Source of the DNA: Sphagnum compactum
Taxonomy: Eukaryota
Reading direction: 5' to 3'
NCBI GenBank assembly: GCA_965153455.1
Contig: OZ234493.1
Location: forward strand, 33,842,213-33,906,212
DNA length: 64,000 nt
Within the stretch, counting starts at the first letter, position 1. Every line of letters begins with the position of its first letter. Below are positions 11,833 to 26,200 of the stretch, in pieces. Under the pieces are notes generated by a model, which had not been told where the DNA came from, did not search any database, and was given only the letters and a program-made list of their open reading frames with translations. A program made the translations under genes and the position numbers.

Positions 11833-14800
11833 ATTGGTTCATTTGGTTAGCCTGACTTCTTGTTTGGAACTAGACCTTTTGACCATGATTTTGCCTGGTA
11901 TTCTATATGTCACAGCTGTGTTAGCAGCAATGCAATTTTTCAAACAGGTGGTGCTATTGTCTTGAGTCCTTCACCAAGGCCATCATGATGCAAATATATG
12001 TCTTGTGTTGTGGCTGTCTTGCAAGACATCTGTGTGACTGTTAGTTGAAAACAAAGCAGGGCTGTGTTCTCCTTGTGCACATAAGGTTGCATGTCTTTTT
12101 ATCCAACTGTTGTGGCTGTGCCACACCACCAAAGGCCAGGGAGTCAAAAAGGAATTTCCGTCATGGTTGGTCAATGATGTAGAGAGGAAGTCATTTTTTT
12201 GTGGTTTTTCCTGTACACTTGGTGAAGGTGGATTCTTCTGTTAATTTGCTGGCCCAAGAAGAATTGCTTGTGACTAGATAATTGTTTGCCACTCTTGTCA
12301 ACAGTGAGTGATATGGATATCAGATCTAATGGTTACCAAGGTCTCAAATGGCAGGCCCTCCAAAGCCTTATGTCAAACAGATTCAGATCAAAGTAGCGGC
12401 ACATACATCTTTCATCAAGATGTGCAGTGATTCCCATCATCACAGATTTGAATGTATGCAAAAGCATCATCAATGGAAAGAACAAAGAAAGACTTGAATG
12501 TATTTGGAAGCATCAAGGAGAATAACAAGAGAGATTCTGAATGTATGTCGAAGCTTAAGGGGAAAAACAAGAGAGATTTTGATCGGATTCAGAATTGTCC
12601 AGGGAAAATCAAGAAATATATATGAAGTCAAACCAGAGAAAGAACAGAAGAAAGTTAGGATGTATGTGGATGCAACAAGGGAAAGAACAAAAGAAACTTT
12701 GGATTGAATGTGGAGGTATGATAGAGAGAATAGAAGGAAGGTTTTAAATGTAGGGTTTAACTGGGTTTGGATAGATTTGTGCATTGAAGTACTTTTTTGA
12801 CTTGCCATCTTGAGAATTATTTAACAACCACCATCAGTTGCCTCCTTGCTTTCCATTGCTCTCTCAACCATTCCATAGTGAATCAGGAATTTGACTATTG
12901 ATTTACCGTGGGGCTTTACGGTTATCATGCAGGGCCATATGCATCTCAGGTATGAAGAATTGTCCATCAACTATTGTAGACTTTCCAGATCTGGGTTCTG
13001 GATTTGAGCACCTAAGAAATGCATACTGAACACTCTAAACCCTCTCTGATTTGAGTTCTTCTGAAACTCAATATTCTTCCCCTCTTTAGTAGATGCAAAA
13101 GGAAATGGTCAGAAGACAGTTCTTATGAATCAGACATAAATATTGTTAACACCAAGATTTGCATTTTTTTTGTTCTTTTTTTCTTCTTGGTGTCTTTTTG
13201 TTTTGGATATGGCCACAACATTTTGTGCAGCTGGTACTGGCAGGATTTGAAAACCTTCTTTCTGACTTGAAGATTTCCTCATGTGAATGCAGAGCTGCTG
13301 TTACACAACTCAACATCTCTGTTATGTCATGTGAAGAGTTTGTCATATGAGCACAAACGGTTTGGTACTTTTGTGTTGGTTAGCTATTACCTATTGTACT
13401 ACCCATCCACATACATCTACCTACCAAGTAACCACCAATAGCGTTTACCCTACCAACGAGTAGCTACTTACATTCCCTACCTACTGACCAATGATTCTTT
13501 ACTCACTTAAATATGAAGTTGGTTAGTCATAAAAGTAATCACGAATGTAGTCACAAATGTAATTGAACTTTATGCATATAAACCTATGACCATCTAAAAT
13601 AATGAAAAAAAAAAATTTGTTGAGTCACATGGAGGATGCCACTATAGTTGTGCTTGGGTGCCACATTTTGTTTGTTGCGACTAATGTTTTTTGTGACTTG
13701 TTCAAGGCAACTAGACACTTTAGTAATGACATGTGATATTTACAATTAAAAATTAGTTGTAAATCTAATCATTGGTACACAAATTCCTTGTACGGTTTCC
13801 ATCAAAATTTATCATGATAGTTGTTAAGGCCAGAATTGTTCTATCACCATTGAACAAAGTGGATAGAATTGTATTGTCAATATTGGACAAAGTGAACAAG
13901 AGGAAATAACATTCTAGTGCAAAGTGGTGACATAGGGTTGAGTGATTAGGATTTGTTGAGAATTTGAATTTATGTTCATGATGGGAAATCAACAAAGAGT
14001 TATGAGAGAAATTTTAAGTTTTGATCATTCAAACATTAAGTAGTTTTTGATGATGAAAGCAAGTTCACAATAGGAACTAGGAAGGATTTTTTATCGAGAA
14101 GAACATTTGCATTACATTGTATTTTGTATTTTGTTTTCTTATTTTCAATTCCATCTAATTTGTATATATTTTCAAATTACTTCAAATGTTACATGATTGT
14201 TATAGTATGGATTCTGGATGGGATTTTGTTTGGGTTTATTCTTTGATTTCTATAGTTGGTTAACATTATAGACTCTAAATATCTACATAATAATATGTTG
14301 AACCACATAACTAAAAAATAAACTAGTGTTAAAAAAATAACATTTATCAATAATATTCATTTGCAAATTTTTTTTACTCAATAAATTAGGTTTAGATTTC
14401 GAATGTTCTTTTGAATGATGAAAAACACCATGAAAAAGGTTGGGGATCAAATAAATTTAACATGACTTGCATGATTTTTAGGAAATTTGTATGTGAACCA
14501 TAAATAACTTGAAAAATCCAATCAATAAATTAGAATTATGATAACACTTAAATGTGCATAATTTTCCTTTTGCATAACAACTTGGATGTTTTGGTGCCAT
14601 GCTAATACTAAGCAATTTCAATTTTTATTTTTAAAAATGTTCTTTTGTGGATATGAAATTGATAATAATAGTTTTGTCCATGCCTCCAAATCTTTTGACC
14701 CCTAGTAGTTTGGATTGTCAAATCATGGATATAAGAATTCAAGTTTTGACCATCAATTGATTCTTAAATCCAAGGTGTTAAGTGGGATGTCCTTCCAAAT

Positions 14801-14879
14801 GTCTTAATAGCATAGTGTTTTTTGTTATTTTTATCAAAAATTACTTCTTTTGGTTTAGACTTGCCTCTTATTGTCATCC

Positions 14880-15720
14880 TTCAACGTTTTCCCAATGGTA
14901 CCCAGTGTTCCCCTAATGTTTCTCAATGGGTTTTTGGTGCTACTTAACATTCCCTATCAATTTTTTCCCCCACATTGCTTAACATCTTTCCAACATATTC
15001 CCAACACCTCTCTCATTTTTCAAAGTTTTTTCAATGTCTTTTAGGGTTTTCTTGATGTAGCCTAACACCCCCCCCCTAATTAAGAGTTTTCTTAGCTTTT
15101 CTTGACGTTTCTCAAAGTTTTTTCTTTAGCACTCACCATCCCTTGACATCTCTTTGGTGTTTTCCTAGTGTCCCCCCCCCCTTCTTCCCCCTTGTCGTGT
15201 AAAAAACACATGTGGACATCCATTAGCATCTTCTTGTTGTCACATGAAGAAAAGACCCTTAACATTTTCAAGTGATGGTGCTTAAAAACATTGTCACCTT
15301 AAAAAAAAACTTTTTTTGCCCAACATCCCTTGGTGTTTTTTCAACACTACCCAACAAACCTTACCTAGCACCCCTTGGCATCACCATGACATTGCTTCAT
15401 ATCCCTTGATGTTTCCTTAATGCTACCTAATGTCCCTTGAGTGCCTTCCCGGCATCCCTTGTTATTGCCCAAAAATAAACAAACAAATAAATAAAATATT
15501 ATTTTGATGTCCCTTAATGTTTTTGCAACACTACCCAACACGCTAACATCGCTCGATGTTTTGCAATGTTTCCTTGACACTACTTAGTGCCCCCTCCTCA
15601 TGCCTTGGCATTTTCCTAACATCTATTGTCGCTTGAATTTTTTTTTCCCCTTGATGTCCATTGGTGTTGTCCCATTGTTCTCATTGTCACCCATTGTCCT
15701 TTTGTTGTCCCTACCATCTT
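14880..15720. repeat. Degenerate short-unit repeat array (CAACATCCCTT / CCTTAATGTT / CTTGATGT variants)
   Basis: Recurring 10-12 nt motifs over ~800 bp with a C/T strand bias; no convincing ORF. Confidence 0.5.
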
Positions 15721-16600
15721 TTGAGCCTATCCCATCATTTCTTAGCATAAATGAGATGTTTTCAAACTTTAAAAACTATGCCAAACCTAAAAATTGCATG
15801 GATACTTTAATTGAAATGTCATTTAGGTCCCAAGGACATACTAGGGATGTGTCAAAAAAAAACAAGCAATAGCAACCCTAGCAAAATCATTTGACCAAAA
15901 AACACCTTTCACAAAAAGAAAACCACAACAATTTGATGTTTAGAACCTCTACCCAGAAAATCTCTACCATGATATTTATGTTTTGATAGGAACAAATATA
16001 ACCAATGGCTATTGTGTTTGACAATTATTAAATTAGGCAAATGCATTTTAAAACCTAAGATGTGTTGACACCATTGTTGGGTACTAACTAGTGATTTTAA
16101 AATCTCCAAAAAAACTTAAAACTAAAATGATACAAGGTATTAGATATTGTCAAATTTTACATAGAGTTGTGGTATGAATATAATCAAATTTATAGTTTTT
16201 AGATAATGGGTATCAACATAAGTAGTGAAGAGACCACTGCCAATTAATATTTAACATGAATATTATGCTAAGAACTTATTATATCTTGTTTTTGTACAAA
16301 ATTGTAATTACACAAACAATCGCTTCTAACTAAAATAATAATAATTAATAACATTAAGATCAGCCCAACACTTCTTAATTCATGGGGCCATCATTTGAAA
16401 CATACGATTATATTTTTTTTTAACAATAACATGTTGGGAATCAAATTTTATTGGAAACCAATAAAATATCACCCCCTTCCTATCTGCCTACAACTCGAAC
16501 TCATACCAACTTTTGGAACATAAAAAACTGATAGGTAATGAGTATTGAAGGTAACCTATAGCCTACCACATTCCCATATAAATTTTTTTGATATATAATA

Positions 16601-16985
16601 GAGTTATCCATAAAATCACCCTACCTTCACCCTGTCTTTGGGCTTGCTTTCACCCCCCATCCTCTCTCTCTCTCTTGTATCCGCAAACTAAGAAAATTTT
16701 ATTAAATCTCAGTATGAAATGCTGAAACTCAGCATTTAATGCACAATGTTCGAGACTAATGGTTGTAGTTGTACAGGTAGGAGGAGTGAAAATGTACGGA
16801 GGCGCTCAGGAAAAAGGAAAGATAGGATGAAAACTCAGTTTACCACCGAAATTGATCGAAAAACTAGTTACGGTCCCCAATAATTTCGCTTTGTAAAATT
16901 TTCATTCTCAGTCATGCGTTTGATGGCCTATTGTGCCGAAACTGACTGTTCTCGGCCCCTAATCGTGAGACTTTACGGATAACTC
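16601..16985. mobile_element. MITE, family A copy 2 (complete)
   Basis: GAGTTATCCATAAAATCA ... GACTTTACGGATAACTC; TAATA on both flanks (16596-16600, 16986-16990); internal hairpin AAATGCTGA-AAC-TCAGCATTT. Confidence 0.9.
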
Positions 16986-17657
16986 TAATATTGTCACAAG
17001 TTGAACTATCACACTTAATTAGTCCAAGTTCGGTCCCTAATGCTTTATAAATCAATGACATATTATCAATTTGATCGGATACCATGACCCAAACCATGTT
17101 ACATATTGACACCATACTAACATGAAAAGACATTATCATTTAACATCATCACACAAGGAAATATATTAAAAAAATGGATGTTTGAAAAACCTTGAGCATT
17201 TGATGTATGAGTAAACATGCATCCAATCAACTAATAATATAGGATTTAAGAGTATTAAAAAAATATGTATCTTTTTAAGATGTAAGATTGTAGGTCATTG
17301 AATGTGCCTATGGTGACTCTCGGCATGATTCCATTGACTAACTAGGATCAAATGATACATCGACTAACATACCCACAAAACTTGCTTATAACTTGGTCAT
17401 TAAAGTATCCAAAAATGGTGGGGATGGATGATTGTATGGTGTTTAAGACCTAGATTGTAATTCAATACGCAAACCTTAGAACATAAAACTTTACATTGAT
17501 ATTAATACTCCAATATCAATGCCCAAATAATATTGGAGACTTGAAATTATACTTCATGCACAACATAATCCATTTAGACTGACATTTGGAGACAATCTTA
17601 GCAATAATATTCAACTTTCCATCATATGGACTTTAATTTCTTTAAACTACTTCAATA

Positions 17658-17923
17658 TTATACTAGCCTGACATATTTTCCAGTAATTAATTACTAGAAA
17701 AAAATTCAGTAATTTAAAATTTTTAACAATTTAGTGCCTAAATCTTGGAAATGCCTTTTTAATTTTTACTTGGAAATAAAGTCCCTTGAACAGTCAGAAT
17801 GAATATGTCAAACAATACTTTTGCTGAATACTTTAATAAATTTCTTTGATTTTGTTGAATGTTTTAAAAATATAGAAATTCAATATTCAGCACAAAAATG
17901 CCCAATCTGCCAGGCTACTATGG
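17658..17923. mobile_element. Tc1/mariner-type MITE (TIR ~CCATAGTAGCCTGGCAG, TA flanks)
   Basis: Left TTATACTAGCCTGACA versus right CTGCCAGGCTACTATGG, with TA on both sides. The TIR resembles that of the nested element at 48174-48370. Confidence 0.6.
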
Positions 17924-20900
17924 TATATCCATGACCAAGTATAGACCAATAATAAACATTTTATGGCAAGCAAGTTGGAAACACCTACTATGATGCCACT
18001 TGAAACACAAGAGAGCAAGTTGTTCCATTTCTTCCAAGTTTACATGTTGCTAATTATTTACATTGTGCTTATTTAGTTATAAATTATCACTTTAAACAAA
18101 TGAGAGATTTTTTACTTTCTTCAAAATTGATATTTTGCAAAAAAAAAATTTGCATTTTGCTAAAGATACTTGGATGTTTGAGCTTTCGTCATTGTCATGC
18201 ACAATCATCCTCTCCTTGCACTTTGTGCCTAGCTAGGTTCTTCTTGTATTCCCTTCTGTCAATTAATTCTTTCTTTTTTTCCCTCACTTTTGGTTGTTTC
18301 CTATTCTCTCAAGTTGTGCATTGAAATTCCATCAAGGTTAGTTATTCTTATGACTTTGTCCGCATGGTTTTTCTTGTATCATCATTTCCTCCTTTTTGTT
18401 GAACAATTTTTTGATCTAGGTTCTATATAGATTCCCTTTAAAAACTAAATAAAAAGTAGCCAAAATGGAAAAAGGATGGATAATGGCCACCTAGAATCTA
18501 GGTCTAACCTACTTTTATCCTCTTTTCACTTATGGCCTTTATTTAGTGAGCAACAAATTCTTGGAATAATTTGACCATGCCAAGTTGTTTTGATACGGAA
18601 ATGTACTAAGTTACCAATGAGTTTGAATGAATTTGAATTTCAAAGCCACGTCCCCTAGAGAAGGTCCTCTCATAATGCTAAAGAATCCAAGGGTGAAACC
18701 TAAATAAATAAAATGAAATTCATGGGCGAGAATAACCATAAAATGTTGTTAACCTAGGGCTTTATGGAAGCCATTAACATTTGTTGACATGGTATTTGAT
18801 GAAGTTATTCCAATGACTTGAGTGGGTTATTAGGTGTCAACCAAGATTGGGTTGAATGACATTTTTTGCTTTGAAATATCAATTTTGGTTCAAAACAATC
18901 CCAAACTTTATGATTAAAATAAAGGAGGTGGATCAATTTTGGTTTAGGGCATATAGAGCAATGACTTTCCAAACAATTAGAGCTATTCAATGATTGCATC
19001 ATGAGGAATATTGGCACCACAATAGTGTTATGGAAACACATATGACAAAAAGAGCTTGTACATGTAACATATAAAAATGGGCTTGGGGGGGAGTTACAAC
19101 TTAGTATAGAATCACAAAATACGACAATCCAAATTGGAGTCAAACCGTTATTCGACTTCCAAAAAAGTAGTCAATTTTTGGACATATGAGAAGTTGAGAA
19201 CAATATTGTGGGTGGGAGGGGGAGGAGATGAGATGAGATGCCCCTTTGCTTGTTCCTCATGCTCTCATGCCAATGAGCTTTGCCCACCTCCTAAATTAAC
19301 ATTTTTTCCTCACCATAATCATCATTTTTCAAAAACGTAAGGCAAACTCTTTCCCATTAGAGAATGTGCATAATACCCCTAATCATTGTGTTGGGTGTGC
19401 GACAAGCTTGTCCTATTGCACTCACTTGCAAGCTTTCTTGACACAATGCTTCGGGGGCTTGCCCATTCTTTAATACCTAAAACATAAATCTACAGAAATA
19501 GGCATATGAAGGGGAGGGTTCTAACACGTACTTCTTAAGAGTGGGAGGGATCTTACAAATGTCCGTTAAGGTGTACCAAGTAGATATAAGATCCTTCGCA
19601 CTCTTAAGGGCTAGTTGTAAGGTCCCCTCCTCATTTGTAGTGAGCTATTCACGGACATTAGGTGCCCTCCAAATACAGTTTGAAAATTTCTTGAATTGTT
19701 TTATGGTACTAACTTGACAATTAATGAGTCAAATTGGATTAAAGTTGTAAACTCTATAATTTGTGCACACAAATGACTTTCTTTTTGCTGTCCTCTTTAC
19801 ATGGCATAGACATCAGGTATTGTAGAACAACTGGTATTGACTTAAGGTGACGCAGCAAAACCTCAAGGCCAAAAAAATCGACACTCACGACCCCGATCTT
19901 AGCTACTACTAAGGTACTAACAAGGAATGCAATTTTGATGGCTACTTGGTTGGTATCATCATGTAATCTGTTCAACAAATCTGTAAGAAAATCTGAAATT
20001 TTATATGACATTGCAAAGCAAAGAAGTAAGGTACTAGGTGCTTCTTTGCATTAACACCTTTCCTTTAGTGGGCAGCCCAGCAGCAGGAGGTACCATTGCC
20101 TCCTTCAGTGGCAGCTTCTTCTTCAGCCTTTCTTCTTCTGCATTGCATGACTTTGTTGCTTACAAACTAACTGGCTAGTGGCAGCGGCCACCTCTTCTGC
20201 CACAGAAGTAAGTACACTACTTTGTGTTTTTTTCTTTCATCATGTTTTTTTGTTGGGTTTATGGTTGCAATAACAACGCAAAGGAAAGAAAGAATGAAAG
20301 AAAGAAAGTTGGTGACCTATGATCAATCAGTTGTGCCACATGGGAGTTGTCTATAGGGTAGAGCGGTAAAGAATTTATGTGTGTCAGCTACCAATGGGGG
20401 GGGGGGGTGGGGGATGGGGGGGGATTCCTGTTATTACACTCCCAACTACTACCTCAAAGAAAAGCACAAGTTTCTCAACTTTTGTCATGCCGCATGGCAA
20501 CTCCGTATTGGATTTGTGTCCACAAATAATGGCTAGAACTGGCTGGGCAACCCCTGCTCCTCCTCCTCCTCTTGCCAGACTGCACTTTCATAGACAAACA
20601 CCATATACGGAAGGAACTGGGCATCATATGCAAAAACTGCTCTTTGACTGCATCACATGAGTGTTTTGAGAAAAAGCAACTTGCTTGCAAGTAGCAAACA
20701 AACCACATTGCCCCCCCCCCATTCTCATAATGCAGCACATCCTACTGTGATGATCATGATGATGATTGTGCAGTGTTGTTCTTCAGGACCCCAGTGTTTC
20801 AGAACTGAACAGAAATTTAAGTTAGACTTACATGGCCAAGGACTTGCCTGGGGAGGGGCGTGGGGGTTCAACTCACCTAACTTGTTGGGCTATAAAATGC

Positions 20901-21002
20901 ATCAAGCTTTTTTACTAGGATGGTTCTCTCTTGGGTGCTGGTTCACTGAGGGCCCTAGGGTTGATTATTTATGTGGTTTGAGAAACATTTATACAGTCAA
21001 TT

Positions 21003-21240
21003 CCATTGAACCAGACCTAATGGGAATCTAGCGAATTCGCTGGCTGGTTCATTGCATGGATTGAACAGGTCCTAATGGGTCCAATGAATTCACTAGTTCC
21101 ATTGAACAGGTCCTAGTGGAGATCCAACAAATTCACTAGTTCCATTGAACAGGACCTAATGGAGATCCAGAGAATTCACTGGTTCATTGTATGGATTGAA
21201 CGGGATTTAATGGAGATCCAATGAATTCATTAGTCCATTA
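21003..21240. repeat. Tandem repeat, ~5 units of ~42-50 bp (CCATTGAACAGGTCCTAATGGAGATCCAA..AATTCACTAGTT)
   Basis: ATTGAAC.GG.CCTA.TGG recurs five times. Confidence 0.85.
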
Positions 21241-22974
21241 ATGGGGATGGGTGAACGACACTCACATTTTGTATGAGTGATGTGTGTGTCTTGGAGTTTG
21301 TTTCATTGACTGACCCATTTTGCAAAAAATTGTAAGCTTTGATTAAATCATGTGAAAAGTTGGTTTCGAGTATTAGAAGGGACTGTAGTGCAAAGTAGAA
21401 GTAGAGATCTAGAATTAGCTAGGTGCTATTTATGTAACTTCATACAGATATAGACACATATTCCTGGCCTCCCCCATCTTCTGGAAGTATGTATCAGAAA
21501 GAACAAAAAGAAGAAAAAGAGAAAGTCCAGCCATGGTAGTAGGTCAAGAGTAGGTAGCAATTTTTTTTTAAACAATTTACAAAGAGAGAAGAGAGGGTGA
21601 TCAGAAGAGAAGAGGATGGTGATCTGACATTCTTTTGCTACAGAAAATTTCTAACAAAATATTTGTTTTTTGTTAGAAACATTGTGGGATTTTGTTTCTC
21701 CTTTTAGTATTATTACTACATTGGACACCCGACTACTATTTTTTCTCTTCTTCAAACACAGACCTTGGAGTTGGATTTGGGTCTCCAAATGATTTTTAAT
21801 GACAAACATGTTAGTTAGTTGGGTGACTCCTCCTCATCAAAAGAATGCCAACCAACTAGCCATCAACAACATAATAATACCAATGATATTTACATTGTTG
21901 TCCAGTTTGAAAATATGAATGAAAATGATGAGTGTGGATTTTAAAGGCCCACCAAGTAGCCATTTTTTAGGGTGTGAAAAGTTAGGATGTTACAAATTGC
22001 CCAAACTTGAATAATTTGTTTTTCTTCTAAAACTCTTTAAAAATTGCCATATTTCTACACATGGATTCAAATCAGGTAGCCAAAAATATGATGGATGTTC
22101 AAAGTTTTTTTTCTTGTCATAAAATTTTAATAGCCAAATTCGGTTAAATCGGCTTATATGGGTGATTGTGCCACCTTGGCTACATGACAAAAAGTGTAAA
22201 AATTATCAGATGCTCATTGCTTTTGCATGGGCTTTTTTGGCCCCCTGTTTCTCTCTCTCTACCTAGTACTCCTCAAAAGCTTCAGCATATACTCTTGAAT
22301 GAGAGCAATGGAATAATTGAGAGGAATGGAATAGAAAGGATTGATGATCAGTAGTACTAGTCTTACTTGAATGAATGAAGCTGTAAAAGTGGTGACCCAA
22401 TTTCCAGACTTGGAAGTTTCCTGTCTCTTTTAGCAAACCTGCTCACTTTGTTCAAGGTTTCATAGTCTTTTCAAAACTGGGTTTCCAGATTTAAGGGAAC
22501 ACCTAATTGAAGATACATAATATTTTATTATTATTACTACGTAGGAAGTGTAATTTTTCCCCAGTGGATGTTTTAGCTTGAACTTCAGATCATGATTCAG
22601 TTTACAAAAGTACAACAATTTTTTGATGCTCGTGTAAGAAACTCTTGAAAGTTTGATTTATGTAGCTACGAAGAACTCAACAAAGTTTCTGAGACATAAT
22701 ATTTATTTATAAATTTTCTTCTACCCCAATCCCTCCCCCCATCACATTCTATTTATTTTGTTTTCAGCCTTTTGCATTGCAATGCAAGCAAACAGAATAC
22801 TAGATCAGAGATCATAGGAGATTCTGAAAGCTCTGCAGTTGGTTACAAAGTTCTCTATACATTGAGAAGTCCTTAGTACCTCAGGGAGGTTCTTGTAGGG
22901 GTGGTGGTGGTGGTGGTAGTACCCTGGTTTCTGACCAGTGTGGCTTTGAGGTTTCTAGACAATCCTAGTGATCA

Positions 22975-23052
22975 GTTGCTTGCTTGATTGCTTCTTTGCT
23001 TCTTTGCTTGCTTGATTGCTTGATTGCTTGATTGGTTGCTTGCTTGATTGCA
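22975..23052. repeat. (TTGC/TTGA)n microsatellite upstream of CHX
   Basis: Seen directly in the sequence. Confidence 0.8.
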
Positions 23053-23227
23053 TGTAGTCATTGAACTGCTTCAGGATCCATAGACATGTATCCACTTTGT
23101 TTTTGCAGCTAGAGAATAGTCTTGATCAGTAGATGTATGAAATTATATTGTAGAGCTTGAGATTGGGATTGAATCTTATACTTTGATCTACTGCAAAATT
23201 TGTGAAGTAGTAGTGATCATCATCATC

Positions 23228-26200
23228 ATGTCTACTACTATGGCCACTATTGGTGGTGCAGCATTTGCTCAATCCGGCACGTCAAATGTAACAACTGCTG
23301 CTGCTGCTTCTTCTTCTTCTTCTCAGCAGGCGGGGGCGGATGTCACGTCCAGTGGGTTAGTGAATGGAGACAATCCACTACATCATGCATTGCTGTTGCT
23401 CATTATCCAAATAGGCGTGATTATCTTCCTCTCTCGCTTCGTCACTTTCCTCCTCCGACCCCTCAAACAACCTCGTGTCGTTGCTGGTAAGTAGTTACGC
23501 AAACTCTGATAATTCTATACATCATATAGTACATTCCAGTCTCTTGAAATCTCAATCTCTTTCTCTCTCTCTCTCTCAGACCCATGCATGCAACAGGTGT
23601 TGAATATTAGCATTCACTCACCCATGCATGCAGCAGATCTTGAATATTCAGATTAGGTTTTGTGTGTGTGCACTGGACATTGATCGATCGGATGTATCTG
23701 CTGCTGCTGCTGCTGCGGTGTGCAGAGATCGTGGCGGGTATATTGCTAGGACCCACAGCATTCGGTCTCATTCCAGCTTTCACACAAAACATCTTCCCAC
23801 AAAGCTCTCTGGGGATTCTCGAGACTTTAGCCAATGTGGGACTCATCTTCTTCCTCTTTCTCGTCGGCCTTGAGCTCGACATCCACAAGCTCCGCAAGTA
23901 ATAAGAGTCTTCTATACACTGAATCTTTTGTTGCAGGACCAGTTCCTCTCCTTTGATCAATACCAGCTTGAACTCTTCTTGTACAAAAAGATGCATGCTG
24001 CTGCTACAGGCAAGCATGCTAGAAGCTGCACAAGTGCTGCATGCAGCAGGTGCCCAGGTATGGATGCTAGAATTTTTTTCTAACATTGTACTACATCTCC
24101 ACCTGCACTGCACAGGACTGGAACAGCCACAGTTGGGATTGCAGCAGCAGGAATACTACTTCCCTTCGCGCTTGGCATCATCGTCGCCTATGTCATTTAC
24201 AAAGACATCCTGGTGCAACCTCACTCGCAGCATTTCGGTGCCTTTGCCATGTTCATCGGCTCCTCTCTCTCCATCACCGCCTTCCCTGTGTTGGCTCGTA
24301 TTCTTACTGAGAGAAATCTCCTCACAACTGATGTAAAAGTCTCTTGCACTCTGGACTCCCTCTTACCACCCATCCCTCCTCAAAGTTCTCATACTCTCAA
24401 GCATCAATCAATCAGCTCCGATCATGAACATGCCATTCTAATTTGTCTCACGCTTTCGTTGCTGAAGTTGATGTGATTCTGCTTGCTGTTCGATCTGTTG
24501 AGCTGCAATGATGCAGGTGGGACAAACGGCCATGTCTGCAGCAGCATTGAATGATGTGGTAGCATGGGTGCTTTTGGCACTTGCAGTAGCCCTCACAAAC
24601 TCAGGATCATCTCCATTGGTTGCATTGTGGGTAGTTCTGCTTGGAATTGGCTTCGTAGGCTTCATGTTTCTCCTGGTGGGTCCTGTTGCCTTTGCATTGG
24701 CACGCCATGAGGAGCCAATCCCCGAATCCGTTGTGGTTGTCACACTCTTGCTGGTTCTTGGAGCTGCATTCCTTACAGATATCATTGGCATCAATGTCAT
24801 CTTCGGAGGATTTGTCTGTGGTCTCCTCATCCCTAATGAAGGACCGTTTGCAGGTGGGTTGGTTGATGATGATGATGATAATCCATGATCCCAGCCCATG
24901 AGGCTTCTCCCAAGTTCTTCTGGCAAAGAAAGAATTGCACTGCCGGAAGCAGCAACCCAATGTTTCTTAAGAACTTTGCTTCAGCTAGCTGCCATGGATG
25001 ATGATGATTCTTGACTGTTCTAGAAGAGAGTTCTAGCCTCCAGGAACACAATGTTCCAATGCTGCAGCAAAGTTCAGAAAACTGTACAAGCTCCAGCAGC
25101 AGCTAAACCCTAAACATGTGTATGCTGGTGACGCCACGGTGGTGGTGGTGGTAAAGCTGAATCATCAGTTGCTTGCAACTACTGTGGGCATGTTGTGATT
25201 GCAGGGATGTTGAGAGAGAAGATTGAAGACTACGTGAGCATCTTGTTTTTGCCTCTGTACTTTGCATCATCCGGTCTCAAGACAAACCTGTCTGCCATCA
25301 AAAGCAACACTGGAAGTATGTACCATTTAAGACTTGAGCAGCAACAGATTTCAACATTTGACTCAAAAATGGATTCTTCCCATTCATGAGATCAATGATC
25401 TCAAGACCTGTGCTTAATTAACCCTAAATTCTTGCTTTGATATATAGCAATTGTGGTGCTGATGTCGGGTGTGTGGGCGAGTGCATATACTATGTGGCAG
25501 TGGCTATGCTCTTCATGGTGATTGGAGCTGCATGTGTCGGCAAGATCATGGGGACAGTGATTGTGGCAACAGCATGGGGTATGGCTCGTCAGAAGGCATT
25601 TGTTCTCGGTTTCCTCATGAACACTAAGGGGCTTGTGGAGCTCATTGTTCTCAACATTGGTCTTGCCAAAGGGGTATGTAAGCCTTTTCTTTTTGTCAAT
25701 CTGTGATCACCACCACCACCACAACTACTGCCATGGCTACTCTGCTCTGAATTTGTTCTCAAATGAGATGAAATGTACTTTACATTTGTCTTAGTAGTGC
25801 ATTCAGCAAGTCAATGTTCTGGAGTTTATGAATTCTGCCAAGAGCTGATGATGATGATGATGATGATGATGACAGTCCTGCCCTAATTCCTTGCTCACTC
25901 TTGCTGCTGCTGCACATTGTTTTTTTCTAGGTCATCAATGAGGAGTTGTTTGCAATCATGGTGATCATGGCCATTGTGACCACATTTCTCACAACACCAG
26001 TACTCGTGTGGTTGTACAAACCTGCACGTGATGTTATTCCCTATGTGAGGAGGAAAATTGACACTGGTGACAGCAAAGATGAGCTGCGCATGCTCATCTG
26101 TGCTCCTGGATCCAGTAGCATTCCAGCAATGATGAACTTGGTGGAAGTGACAAAGGGCAGGGAACCCAAATCCTTGCGAGCATACGTGCTACACTTGATG

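Noticed and set aside
12470..12808. LINE fragment or small gene
   Set aside because: Purine-skewed sequence with no recognisable motif or splice structure.
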